Assembly (NCBI GenBank): GCA_014859105.1
Contig: JACUUX010000005.1
Coordinates: forward strand, 1,759 to 65,758
Reading direction: 5' to 3'
Length of the DNA stretch: 64,000 nucleotides
From: Nitrospirota bacterium
Lineage (GTDB): Bacteria > Nitrospirota > Thermodesulfovibrionia > Thermodesulfovibrionales > SM23-35
Below, one piece after another: positions 19,950 to 29,655 of the stretch (its first letter is position 1; every line of letters begins with the position of its first letter). The position numbers were made by a program, and so were the translations under genes. Below the pieces are notes generated by a model. That model had not been told where the DNA came from and made no database searches. It saw only the letters and a program-made list of their open reading frames with translations.

Positions 19950-20393
19950 ATGTATAAGCGGGTAGCGAAAAATGAAATGATGGATGTCTTCTATCAACGT
20001 TCCAAAGAACATGGTCTTAAAATAACACCTCAGCGTACTGCCATTTATCAGGAACTGCTCAAGTCAAAGGATCACCCTTCTGCAGATATAATTTATAAAA
20101 GAATTGTAAAAAAGATCCCGAATATTTCGTTTGATACAGTAAACAGGACTCTCTTGACATTTACCAGGATCGGTATTATACATATTGTTGAGGGCTATGG
20201 ACAAGCCAAACGATATGATCCTGACATTGATATACATCATCATTTCAGATGCATTCAATGTAACAACATAATAGACTTTCACAACAAGAGTTATGACAAC
20301 ATAGCCGTTCCTGAAGAGATAAATAAACAATTCACGGTGATACACAAGAAGGTTGTTCTCGAGGGTCTTTGCAATAAGTGCAGAAGACCGTAA
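19950..20393 (+). CDS. perR: Fur-family regulator, PerR-like
   Basis: Winged helix followed by a HHHFRCxxC...CxxC zinc site. Lies immediately upstream of catalase and peroxiredoxin. The start could instead be an internal Met. Confidence 0.7.
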   Translation: MYKRVAKNEMMDVFYQRSKEHGLKITPQRTAIYQELLKSKDHPSADIIYKRIVKKIPNISFDTVNRTLLTFTRIGIIHIVEGYGQAKRYDPDIDIHHHFRCIQCNNIIDFHNKSYDNIAVPEEINKQFTVIHKKVVLEGLCNKCRRP

Positions 20394-20412
20394 TAATTTT
20401 TTTTCCATTTAA

Positions 20413-20427
20413 TAGTAATTATTACTA
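20413..20427. promoter_or_regulatory. 7-1-7 palindrome, candidate PerR/Fur box upstream of catalase
   Basis: TAGTAAT-T-ATTACTA is a perfect palindrome with the TAAT-N-ATTA core shared with Fur/PerR boxes. Confidence 0.5.
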
Positions 20428-20532
20428 TGTAATATGAATTGGCAATCTTAAGGAGGTGACAGTATGTTCTAAGATAATACTTTCCCAGGATTTAAATATT
20501 AAATAAATAACCGGAATAAAAAGGAGATTGCA

Positions 20533-22047
20533 ATGGCAAAGAAAAAGACACTGACTAACAATTTTGGCATGCCAGTTGCCGACGATCAGAACACCCTGAC
20601 AGCAGGCAACCCGGGGCCCGCTCTTATGCAGGATGTGCACCTTCTCGAAAAACTGGCACATTTTGATCGTGAGCGCATTCCAGAGCGCGTAGTACATGCC
20701 AAAGGGGCTGGCGCTTACGGTTACTTTGAGGTTACAAAAGACGTAACACAATGGACTAAGGCTAAGTTTCTCTCTAAAGTGGGGAAACGCACTGATTTAT
20801 TTATAAGATTTTCCACCGTTGGTGGTGAGAAAGGCTCCGCAGATGCTGAACGTGATCCCCGAGGATTCGCTATAAAGTTCTATACTGAGGAAGGAAACTA
20901 TGATATGGTGGGGAACAATACACCTGTTTTCTTCATCAGGGACCCCCTTAAGTTCGCTGACTTTATCCATACCCAAAAACGTAATCCGGCAACGAACTGT
21001 AAAGACCCTGATATGTTTTGGGATTTCCTCTCATTGACACCAGAATCCATCCACCAGGTTACTATCCTGTTTTCTGACCGTGGGACCCCCAAAACTTACA
21101 GGAACATGCACGGTTACAGCAGCCATACCTATAAATGGTATAACGATAAGGGTAAGTATTTCTGGGTAAAGTACCACTTCAAAAGCGAACAGGGCATCCA
21201 GAACCTTACCCGGGAAGAGGCGGAGATTATGAAAGGGAAAGACCCGGATCATGCCACCCGTGATCTCTATAACGCTATCGAACGTGGAGAATACCCCTCC
21301 TGGAGACTGGAGATGCAGATTATGACGCCTGAGCAGGCAGCAGATTATCGGTTTGACCCATTCGATGTTACAAAAGTATGGCCTCATGGAGACTATCCCC
21401 CTATAACGATAGGCCGTATGGTTCTGAACCGCAACCCTGAAAACTATTTTGCAGAGGTTGAGCAGGCTGCTTTCTCTCCTGGCAATTTTGTCCCGGGGAT
21501 AGGATCTTCTCTGGACAAAATGCTCCAAGGACGTCTCTTCAGCTACCACGACACCCATCGCCATCGACTCGGACCGAATTACCATCTCATTCCAGTGAAC
21601 TCTGCGAAGGGCTGCCCTATGAATAATTACCAGCGCGATGGTTTCATGCGTGTTGACGATAACGGGGGAGGCGCTCCGAACTATTACCCCAACAGTTTTG
21701 GTGGACCAGAACCAAATCCTAAAACAGGTGAACCGCCCTTTGAGGTTTCCGGTATAGCTGCACGCCATCGGTATACTCATCCCAATGATGATTTTGTGCA
21801 GCCCGGAGCATTGTATAACAAAGTAATGACTGATACTGATCGGGAACATCTTATCGGTAACATAGTTTCTCATCTGGGAGGAGCACAGAAGCGCATTCAG
21901 TTGCGCCAGACAGCCCTCTTCTATAAGGCTGCACCGGATTATGGCAATCGTGTGGCTAAAGGGCTCAATCTGGATGTGAAGGATGTTAAGCGTCTGGCTG
22001 AGATGTCTCATGAAGAAAGGGCACAAGCTACAATGTCAGAAGTCTAA
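20533..22047 (+). CDS. katA: monofunctional heme catalase (small-subunit type)
   Basis: [23 protein letters not shown], and the proximal Tyr region [14 protein letters not shown]. Confidence 0.95.
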   Translation: MAKKKTLTNNFGMPVADDQNTLTAGNPGPALMQDVHLLEKLAHFDRERIPERVVHAKGAGAYGYFEVTKDVTQWTKAKFLSKVGKRTDLFIRFSTVGGEKGSADAERDPRGFAIKFYTEEGNYDMVGNNTPVFFIRDPLKFADFIHTQKRNPATNCKDPDMFWDFLSLTPESIHQVTILFSDRGTPKTYRNMHGYSSHTYKWYNDKGKYFWVKYHFKSEQGIQNLTREEAEIMKGKDPDHATRDLYNAIERGEYPSWRLEMQIMTPEQAADYRFDPFDVTKVWPHGDYPPITIGRMVLNRNPENYFAEVEQAAFSPGNFVPGIGSSLDKMLQGRLFSYHDTHRHRLGPNYHLIPVNSAKGCPMNNYQRDGFMRVDDNGGGAPNYYPNSFGGPEPNPKTGEPPFEVSGIAARHRYTHPNDDFVQPGALYNKVMTDTDREHLIGNIVSHLGGAQKRIQLRQTALFYKAAPDYGNRVAKGLNLDVKDVKRLAEMSHEERAQATMSEV

Positions 22048-22072
22048 AAACGATTAAATTCTCTAAGTGAAT

Positions 22073-22114
22073 AAGCTGTGGCACGAAGTATATTGCATAC
22101 GAGTGCCACAGCTT
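22073..22114 (+). terminator. 12-bp stem hairpin after catalase
   Basis: AAGCTGTGGCAC, 18-nt loop, GTGCCACAGCTT. There is no clear T-tract. Confidence 0.4.
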
Positions 22115-22252
22115 GAATGAAAGGAGGACAATATGCCACAGGAGTTTAAACCTGGTTGCGCACGACCTACCACCGGGGGAGTTGTAGGAGGTGAAAAGAC
22201 ACAGAAAGAAACTTTACAAACTGAGCAGGCAATAAAAAAGGAGGAAAAGACC

Positions 22253-22861
22253 ATGCTTCTAATCGGTCGAAAAGCACCGGATTTCACAGCTCCGGCCTAT
22301 CATAAGGGGAAATTCGTTAATTTACAATTATCAGAATATTTCGGGAAATGGATTTTACTTTGTTTTTATCCTGGTGATTTTACATTCGTTTGAGCAACAG
22401 AGCTTTCAGCAGTTGCTGAAAAGTATCCGGAATTTAAAAAGCTAGGGGTAGAAATATTTTCCATGAGTATTGACAGTGTCTTTGTACACAAGATGTGGAA
22501 CGACCATGAGCTGTCAAAAATGGTGAGAGGCGGGGTACCTTTTCCTATGTTGTCTGATACCGGTGGGAAGGTAGGAAGTATTTATGGTATTTACGATGAG
22601 AATGCAGGCGTTGAGACCAGGGGGAGATTCATCATTGATCCGGACGGAATAATTCAGGGATATGAGGTATTAACACCACCGGTGGGACGAAATGTCAGTG
22701 AATCTCTCAGGCAGGTACAGGCATTCCAGTTGGTGCGGAAGAGCAAAGGGACAGAGGCGATTCCTTCAGGGTGGAGACCTGGAAAGATGACATTGAAACC
22801 AGGCCCGGAACTTGTCGGAAATGTCTGGAAGGTATGGAAGACGAAGATGGCATTTGACTGA
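22253..22861 (+). CDS. peroxiredoxin (AhpC/Prx1-like) with in-frame TGA at the peroxidatic Cys position; candidate selenoprotein
   Basis: Track ORFs 22133..22393 and 22463..22861 share one frame. Reading through TGA 22391..22393 gives FYPGDFTFV-U-ATELSAV...SIDSVFVHKMW. ATG 22253 follows an AGGAGG RBS. Confidence 0.7.
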
Positions 22862-22866
22862 TTACC

Positions 22867-22982
22867 TTAACCCGGAAAATGCATTTAGTCCTGTAAAGCC
22901 ATACAAGTATATGAGATGCTGAAATACCCTGAACTTGATTCACGGATTGTTTCAGAATACCTACCGGCATTTTTCGGGTTAA
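22867..22982. repeat. ~116-bp element bounded by inverted TTAACCCGGAAAATGC motifs
   Basis: TTAACCCGGAAAATGCA (22867..22883) versus GCATTTTTCGGGTTAA (22967..22982). Related single motifs lie near 5172, 25914 and 37248. Confidence 0.6.
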
Positions 22983-22990
22983 CCAATAAA

Positions 22991-23024
22991 CCCCGTTAGA
23001 AGACCTTTCGCCCTTCTAACGGGG
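22991..23024. terminator. 12-bp stem hairpin between the convergent prx and ATPase genes
   Basis: CCCCGTTAGAAG, 10-nt loop, CTTCTAACGGGG. Related to the nested palindrome at 5258..5286. Confidence 0.5.
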
Positions 23025-23144
23025 TGAAGGATAGAAAATAAACTGATACGGATGTCTTATGAAACTGCCCGAGTATGTGACTCTGCATCGGAGGTCAATT
23101 TAGGTTCACTCTGGGGTCTATAATCTTTGAAGATGATAAATATT

Positions 23145-25871
23145 TTATCTCCGAATGCTTCTCCTCTTCCACCACTTTTCAATCTCAACAGCGAAGAAAA
23201 CAACTGAAGACAGTCCAAAACACAACAATAACTCGGACAACGTAAGGGGGTTTGTTTTGAATATCGGGTTCAGATAAGGCACATATATTGTTGCCAGTTG
23301 AAGCAAGACAGTCAGTATAAATGCACCAATCAATGGCTTGTTAGATAATATCCCCTGTGAATAAAGAGATTCTTTCTCTGACCTGACTGCAAGGACATTG
23401 CCCATCTGACTAAGGCATAATACTGTAAACACCATAGTCTGCCAGTGCGTATTACCTGCATTGATTGCCATCGCCTGAGTAAATATAGAGACAGCACCCA
23501 TAAGAAGACCGACCCAGATTATTTGAATCCACATACCTGTAAATATATTTTCCTGGGGGTCCCTCGGTGGCCTTTTCATAATATCTTTCTCTGCCGGTTC
23601 TGCCGCAAGTGCCAGACCGGGAAGTCCATCTGTAACAAGATTAATCCATAAAATATGGATTGGCAGAAGCGGAAGAGGGAGTCCGAGGAAAGGTGCAAGG
23701 AATATCGTCCATATCTCTCCTGAATTGCTTGTCATAGTATATCTTATAAATTTACGTATATTATCAAATATCCGTCTGCCTTCCCTGACAGCTTTAACAA
23801 TAGTAGCGAAGTTGTCATCCAGTAATATCATGTGTGCTGCTTCTTTTGCCACATCAGTACCTGTAATACCCATCGCCACTCCTATATCCGCCCTTTTCAA
23901 TGCAGGCGCATCATTGACACCGTCTCCTGTCATTGCAACAAACTGCTTCCTGTCCTGAAGTGCCTTGATTATCTTCAACTTCTGTTCAGGTGCTACACGT
24001 GCATAAACTCTTATATCTTCAACCTGTTCCTCGAATTCTTCTAATGGTAATTTCTCAAGCTCCATCCCTGTGATTAGCGCTTTTGAATCATCCTCAATGA
24101 TACTGAGCCTCTTAGCAATTACCCTTGCTGTAATTGGATGATCACCTGTAATCATCACGGGTTTTATCCCCGCAGTTTTACATAATGCTACTGCCTCTTT
24201 AGCTTCTTCTCTTGGAGGGTCCATCATGCCTATAAGCCCTAAGAGGGTAAGCTCTGATTCAATATTTTCAGGTGACATATCATCTGGCAATGCATTCCAG
24301 GTTCTCATTGCAATACACAAAACCCTTAATCCATCAGCAGCCATTCTTTCACCTGCCTGTATTATTTCCAATGGATTGACAGGTTTTATTCCCTCTGCTG
24401 TAAAGATGCCCATTGATCTTTCAATAAGCACATCAATCGCACCCTTTGTGAAGGAAACAAATCCCCCCCTGCCCCCCTTTTCTAAAGGGGGGTGAGGGGG
24501 GATTACATGAAACGTGGTCATACACTTCCTGTCTGAATCAAAGGGTATTTCACTGACCCTTACAAATTTCCTTTCAAGCACTTTTTTATGAAAACCGTTA
24601 TCTTTCGCAATATTATAAAGGGCAATTTCTGTGGGGTCGCCGATGACATTGCCCTGGGCGTCCATATGTGCATCGTTGCTTAAGGCAAGAGCAGTCATCA
24701 GTAAATCATGCGGTGATTGAAATAAGGATGCATGATGCATGATACCAGATGCATTATTTCCTGTATCCTGAGGCTTATATCCGGAATCCTGCACCGTGCA
24801 TCTTAACTCCTGTACCTTGATCATCTTTCCATCCACCCGCAACTCTTCCACCGCCATCTTGTTCAATGTAAGTGTTCCAGTCTTGTCAGAGCATACGTAT
24901 GTGACGGATCCGAGGGTCTCCACCGCAGGGAGTTTTCTTATGAGAGCATTCTGTTTGACCATCTTTTTAGCACCAATTGCAAGAGAAATGGTTACAACCG
25001 CAGGCAGTGCCTCAGGTATTGCTGCAACAGCAAGGGATACGGCTGTGAGAAGCATCAAAAGAGGGGGTTCTCCTCTAAATATTCCTATGCTGAAAACAAT
25101 AGCGCATATGCCCAAAACTGCAATAGCGAGTTTCTGACCAAACCTGGCAAGCCTCTTCTGGAGAGGTGTCTTTACCTCTTTTTCTTCCTGAAGCAAGGTT
25201 GCAATCCTGCCCAGTTCTGTCTCCATACCGGTCATTGCAACAATACCTGTTCCCCGACCATATGTAGCGAATGTTCCCTTATACGCCATGTTTTTCCTGT
25301 CACCGATTGGTAAAAGCTCACCATGCAGTGGCTTAGTATGTTTTTCTATCGGTATGGATTCCCCTGTCAATGCTGCCTCTTCAATTTTTAGCTGAACAGC
25401 CTCCGTAAGCCTCATATCGGCAGGAACAATCTTTCCTGCTTCAAGGATTACAATATCACCCGGAACGACTTGAGATGCAGGGATATTTAAAAGCATCCCA
25501 TCCCTCATTACTGTTGCAATGGGCGCTGCCATTTTTTTAAGGGCGGCCATTGCCTTCTCAGCCCTGTATTCCTGAACAAATCCTATTACGGCGTTTATGA
25601 TGATAATCACCAATATTGCTATGGTATCTGCAAGCTCTCCGATTATTCCTGAGACTATTGCAGCAATCATAAGGACAATAATCATGAAGTCACTGAATTG
25701 ATCAAGGAACATTATGAGAGGGTTTTTCTTCTTTTTTTCTTTTAATATGTTTAGACCATAATGCCCGAGTCTCCTCCTGGCTTCATCACTGGAAAGTCCG
25801 TCCGGCGAAGTTTTTAACTCGCTAAAAATGCTGTCTATATCTTTTTGGTGCCAATGCATATTATTTTTCAT
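23145..25871 (-). CDS. cation-transporting P-type ATPase (P2, Ca2+/Mg2+-type) with two in-frame repeat insertions
   Basis: DKTGTLT, TGES, PEALPAV (TM4), [11 protein letters not shown]. Confidence 0.9.
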   Translation of the reverse strand: MKNNMHWHQKDIDSIFSELKTSPDGLSSDEARRRLGHYGLNILKEKKKKNPLIMFLDQFSDFMIIVLMIAAIVSGIIGELADTIAILVIIIINAVIGFVQEYRAEKAMAALKKMAAPIATVMRDGMLLNIPASQVVPGDIVILEAGKIVPADMRLTEAVQLKIEEAALTGESIPIEKHTKPLHGELLPIGDRKNMAYKGTFATYGRGTGIVAMTGMETELGRIATLLQEEKEVKTPLQKRLARFGQKLAIAVLGICAIVFSIGIFRGEPPLLMLLTAVSLAVAAIPEALPAVVTISLAIGAKKMVKQNALIRKLPAVETLGSVTYVCSDKTGTLTLNKMAVEELRVDGKMIKVQELRCTVQDSGYKPQDTGNNASGIMHHASLFQSPHDLLMTALALSNDAHMDAQGNVIGDPTEIALYNIAKDNGFHKKVLERKFVRVSEIPFDSDRKCMTTFHVIPPHPPLEKGGRGGFVSFTKGAIDVLIERSMGIFTAEGIKPVNPLEIIQAGERMAADGLRVLCIAMRTWNALPDDMSPENIESELTLLGLIGMMDPPREEAKEAVALCKTAGIKPVMITGDHPITARVIAKRLSIIEDDSKALITGMELEKLPLEEFEEQVEDIRVYARVAPEQKLKIIKALQDRKQFVAMTGDGVNDAPALKRADIGVAMGITGTDVAKEAAHMILLDDNFATIVKAVREGRRIFDNIRKFIRYTMTSNSGEIWTIFLAPFLGLPLPLLPIHILWINLVTDGLPGLALAAEPAEKDIMKRPPRDPQENIFTGMWIQIIWVGLLMGAVSIFTQAMAINAGNTHWQTMVFTVLCLSQMGNVLAVRSEKESLYSQGILSNKPLIGAFILTVLLQLATIYVPYLNPIFKTNPLTLSELLLCFGLSSVVFFAVEIEKWWKRRSIRR
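24470..24514. repeat. 45-nt G6/C6 palindrome inside the ATPase frame
   Basis: AATCCCCCCCTGCCCCCCTTTTCTAAAGGGGGGTGAGGGGGGATT; encodes [15 protein letters not shown]. Confidence 0.85.
24726..24793. repeat. ~70-nt CAGGAT/ATGCATC-rich element inside the ATPase frame
   Basis: Encodes [24 protein letters not shown] related element is present in tgt. Confidence 0.65.
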
Positions 25872-26039
25872 ACCTTAAAAATAGAAAGAAAGGGCATATG
25901 CCTTATATCAATTGCATTTTTCGGGTTATTATTTTCGCAGAAGATTATTCAGCCACATGCTTATACATGGAAACGAAAATTTGAGAGACAGGGATGCCAC
26001 GCCTATCGATAGACGGGATTTTCTAATCCCGTGATGGAT

Positions 26040-28091
26040 CTACATTTTTTCAAGAACAAAGAGCAGTTGTCCTTCAATGACAAAGTCATTCAATTTTACA
26101 CAGATTTCAGCAATTTGACCATCAAAAGGAGAAATAATTGCATTCTCCATCTTCATTGCCTCAAGATTGGCAATCTCCTCCCCCTTATGCACAATGTCAC
26201 CTACCTTTAATGCACCTCTTTCAGGATTACCAATCCTCCATATATTCCCGTTAATGGGGGCTCCGATTTGGCCAATACCTTTAGCCATCCTTATCTCGGT
26301 CTTCTTGGCCCTTGGTGTTTCAACGGTATAAACTCTCGTTTTATTATTAACACGCATAACAACATGAATAATTCCTTCGTGTTCGGCACCAATTGACACA
26401 AGTTCAATACTGTAAGGTTTTCCCCAGAGTTCGAAATCTACTCTGTCACCTTGTTTTTTCAGACCTTCTCTCCAAACAGGAGTTGGTAATACAAGTGGCG
26501 ATTCTCCGTATTGTTCTCTGAACTCAATCATCTCCAGGGCATCTTTCGGATGCATGAGGAAAAGGATAAACTCATCTTCTGTCGGCATTCTGCCGATATA
26601 ATCAGACAGCTCTTTTCGAAGTTTTTCAAGGTCGTCATCCTCCAATGAATCGAGCGGTGAAAGTTCTATCCTTTCTTTAATTTTACGTTCCCACTCATCC
26701 CCGAAAGTGCTCTTGTATACCCACTCCGGAGGCCAGCCCATGGGAAGCTTGCCATAATGACCGAGAATGAGGTTTTTAAAGTCTCCCGGGGCATTTCTGA
26801 AAAGCCCCAAAAGTTCTTCCTGTTCTTCTTTTTCCATAGCTTCAAAATTCAATGATTTTTCATCAATAAATTTTGCAAGAAGCATAAGAAGGTATTTGAC
26901 GCCTGCCTCACCTTTAGCCTTTGCATACTTGTTTACAATTCCGCTACATGTTACCCAGGTAATCTGCGAACCGGGAGTAACATCGAAATAGTGAATAATC
27001 CTGTTATACAGAGACATTACCTTTAATATGGCCGGCATCAGGTGAAGGAATCCTCCTTTATCTGCCTGTTCAAACGAACTCGGGAATGCCCCGCCTGGCA
27101 TCTTATGATAAGTTACTGTATGATCAAACCCTTTAAACGGCGATTCAGCCCATTCATAGTAGCCTATCCATTCCCGCACTTTCCGTACAGCAGCCTCTGC
27201 CTCTTTCCTGTGCAGATTTACAGGGATACCTGATTCTTCAAAATAGGCTTGAACTCCCAGTATCGGTGAATGTCCGTAAAACCGGGCAAGAGAATCTTCC
27301 TCTACATCAAAAATCCTGGCTCCAGCCTGCGCTGCTGCAAGAAGTGCTGGTATTGCAAGTCCATCGGTTATATGTCTGTGATACTGGATGACAAGATCTG
27401 GATATTTCTGTTTAATGGAATCAATAAGACTGCTGATACTCTTTATATTTCCAACACCGGCCATGTCTTTAATGCATAGTATTATCTCATCAGTGCCTGA
27501 ACAAAGATCTATGATTTCTTCAATCCCTTTAAGGTAGTAATCATTAGAAGCCCAGTCAGCAACAGTAAAAGAAATAGCGGGTTCAAAAAGCCGTCCCCTC
27601 TTCATTACGACTTCTGCAACAGTACGCATATTCCTTACATCATTTAAGAAAGAAAAACATCTCCATACATCAATATCAACCCTCGAAACAACATACTCTA
27701 TAACATTCCTGGGATATGGTCTGTATCCCCATAGATTTGTCTCTCTCACAAGCGTCTGGAGAAGGACATCTGGCATAAGTTCCCTTAATATATTAATTTC
27801 TTCAAATGGGCTCTCTCTTCTGTTCATCACCCCGACATGCCATCTTGCACCTCCATGACATTCAGCGCTGAATAATCCCATGTTATTGTAATATGGCGCA
27901 AGGGTTGATAGGTCGTATATGCGATGGCGGTTTTTATAATCGGACTGCCCTGCATCACGCATACCAACTGAAGTAAAACAAACCCCTTTAAGACCGCGGA
28001 CAGCCTTTATTATTTCCCCTGGCGACATGCCTGGTTTTACAAAAATATAATTATTTTCCATTTTTACAAAGATACTTTCCTTTACATCCAT
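26040..28091 (-). CDS. carboxyltransferase plus biotinyl-carrier subunit (pyruvate carboxylase B / oxaloacetate decarboxylase alpha-like; possibly a 2-oxoacid carboxylase large subunit)
   Basis: KDMAG, HRH metal site, and C-terminal biotinylation motif EAMKMEN. The N-terminal motif reads MRDAGQS rather than the usual LRDGHQS/RDAHQS. Confidence 0.75.
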   Translation of the reverse strand: MDVKESIFVKMENNYIFVKPGMSPGEIIKAVRGLKGVCFTSVGMRDAGQSDYKNRHRIYDLSTLAPYYNNMGLFSAECHGGARWHVGVMNRRESPFEEINILRELMPDVLLQTLVRETNLWGYRPYPRNVIEYVVSRVDIDVWRCFSFLNDVRNMRTVAEVVMKRGRLFEPAISFTVADWASNDYYLKGIEEIIDLCSGTDEIILCIKDMAGVGNIKSISSLIDSIKQKYPDLVIQYHRHITDGLAIPALLAAAQAGARIFDVEEDSLARFYGHSPILGVQAYFEESGIPVNLHRKEAEAAVRKVREWIGYYEWAESPFKGFDHTVTYHKMPGGAFPSSFEQADKGGFLHLMPAILKVMSLYNRIIHYFDVTPGSQITWVTCSGIVNKYAKAKGEAGVKYLLMLLAKFIDEKSLNFEAMEKEEQEELLGLFRNAPGDFKNLILGHYGKLPMGWPPEWVYKSTFGDEWERKIKERIELSPLDSLEDDDLEKLRKELSDYIGRMPTEDEFILFLMHPKDALEMIEFREQYGESPLVLPTPVWREGLKKQGDRVDFELWGKPYSIELVSIGAEHEGIIHVVMRVNNKTRVYTVETPRAKKTEIRMAKGIGQIGAPINGNIWRIGNPERGALKVGDIVHKGEEIANLEAMKMENAIISPFDGQIAEICVKLNDFVIEGQLLFVLEKM

Positions 28092-29539
28092 TTCTGAGGA
28101 CCGAGCGCGGATATTTCTGCAACATACTTTGCAATCTTTAATACCTCATCCTCGCTGTTTTTCTCCTTGAACATTGAGATAAGTTCGTCCATACGTTCTT
28201 CTATGAAACGGGTTGAGAACTCTCCGGCTATAAATTTAGGGTGTCTGATTATACTTAGAAGAAGCGGTGCAAGCGTTTTCACCCCCTCAACCCGCAGATT
28301 TCTGCTGAGTGATCGATCCATAACCCTTATAGCATCTGCCCTGTCAGCACCTGCTGCAATTACTAACATGAAAAGTGAATCATAATACGGAGGTATATCT
28401 GCACCTTCATAAACACCTGTTGCTATCCTGACACCTGGTCCCTGTGGCACCTGAAGACGTGTTATTTTCCCGAAAGAAGGACTGAAAGTTTTTGGGTCTT
28501 CTGCATTTAACCTTCCCTCGAGTGCCCACCTGTTAGGCAAAATATCAGACTGTTTGAATGGTAGTTTATTGCCCATTGCGATATCGATCATTATGCCGAC
28601 AATATCAAGTCCCGTAATTAGTTCTGTTATACCGTGTTCTACCTGTAATCGGGTGTTGACCTCCAGAAAATAGAAATTCTGTGAGGACGTATCATAAAGA
28701 AATTCTACAGTCCCCGCTGATGTGTAACCTATTTCACGCATAAGGCGTGTTGCTGTAAAACATATTTCCTGACGGAGAGCATCGTCAAGACTTGGGGAAG
28801 GAGCTTCCTCAATGATCTTCTGATTGCGCCTTTGAATAGTACATTCCCTTTCAAAAAGATGCGCAACATTTCCGTATTCATCTGCAACAACCTGCACCTC
28901 TATATGCCTGCCACGTTCTATGTATTTTTCTACCAGTACCCTGTTATCCCCAAAGGCCTTCATTGCTTCCGAACGGGCCTGTTCAAAAGCCTGGGGTAAT
29001 TCATTCTTGCTTCCCACCTTAACCATCCCTTTTCCACCACCACCCGAAACCGCTTTAATCATTATTGGAAAACTGACATGCTGCTCTTTCATCCATTTTT
29101 TTATATGATCAATGTTGGTAACATCGATAATCCCCGGTATGGTTGGAACATTGGCCTTCTGTGCAAGCCTTTTTGCCTGAATTTTATCTCCAAGGGCACT
29201 GATGACTTCCGGAGACGGCCCGATCCATATAAGGCCAGCATCTATTACCATCTGTGCAAATTTAGCGTTCTCTGCAAGGAAACCCCATCCCGGATGTATT
29301 GCGTTCGATTTACTTTTAATTGCAGCATTTATCATTTTTTCCATGTTCAGGTAGGATTCTGCTGGCGGAGCTTCACCGATATGCACAGCAGTATCAGCCA
29401 TGAATACGTGATGGGCAAGACGGTCCGGAGTACTATAAACAGCAGTAGTAGGTATCTTCCTGTCCCTGCATGTATGCATTATCCTGACAGCTGTTACCCC
29501 TCTATTTGCAATTAATATCTTTTTAATTTTTCGGCTCAT
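28082..29539 (-). CDS. biotin carboxylase subunit (PycA/AccC-like)
   Basis: ILIANRG, ATP-grasp GGGGKGM, and EVNTRLQVEH. Start taken at ATG 29539 (MSRKIKKILIANRG). Confidence 0.9.
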   Translation of the reverse strand: MSRKIKKILIANRGVTAVRIMHTCRDRKIPTTAVYSTPDRLAHHVFMADTAVHIGEAPPAESYLNMEKMINAAIKSKSNAIHPGWGFLAENAKFAQMVIDAGLIWIGPSPEVISALGDKIQAKRLAQKANVPTIPGIIDVTNIDHIKKWMKEQHVSFPIMIKAVSGGGGKGMVKVGSKNELPQAFEQARSEAMKAFGDNRVLVEKYIERGRHIEVQVVADEYGNVAHLFERECTIQRRNQKIIEEAPSPSLDDALRQEICFTATRLMREIGYTSAGTVEFLYDTSSQNFYFLEVNTRLQVEHGITELITGLDIVGIMIDIAMGNKLPFKQSDILPNRWALEGRLNAEDPKTFSPSFGKITRLQVPQGPGVRIATGVYEGADIPPYYDSLFMLVIAAGADRADAIRVMDRSLSRNLRVEGVKTLAPLLLSIIRHPKFIAGEFSTRFIEERMDELISMFKEKNSEDEVLKIAKYVAEISALGPQKWM

Positions 29540-29655
29540 AAAATAACTTGAATAAATTCGTAACATTAATTTTAACATAAAAAAGTGGAAGATGTAGCTG
29601 TGAATATTCTACTCCATGTATAATAATTAGAATCGAATCTCCTTCGGGAGGAAAT

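Noticed and set aside
21031-22026. 331-aa ORF antisense to the catalase gene
   Set aside because: It lies fully inside and opposite a catalase CDS with unmistakable motifs. Its sequence is low-information with no motifs, as is typical of long antisense frames in GC-richer genes.
22076-22096. Sigma-54-like -24/-12 element (TGGCACGAAGTATATTGCA) upstream of prx
   Set aside because: The GG to GC spacing is 15 nt rather than the required 12. The TGGCAC is simply part of the 12-bp hairpin arm.
22133-22252. 40-codon N-terminal extension of the peroxiredoxin ORF (MPQEFKPGCARPTTGG...)
   Set aside because: Prx homology starts at MLLIGRKAPDF. ATG 22253 has a perfect AGGAGG RBS, and the extension overlaps the catalase terminator hairpin region.
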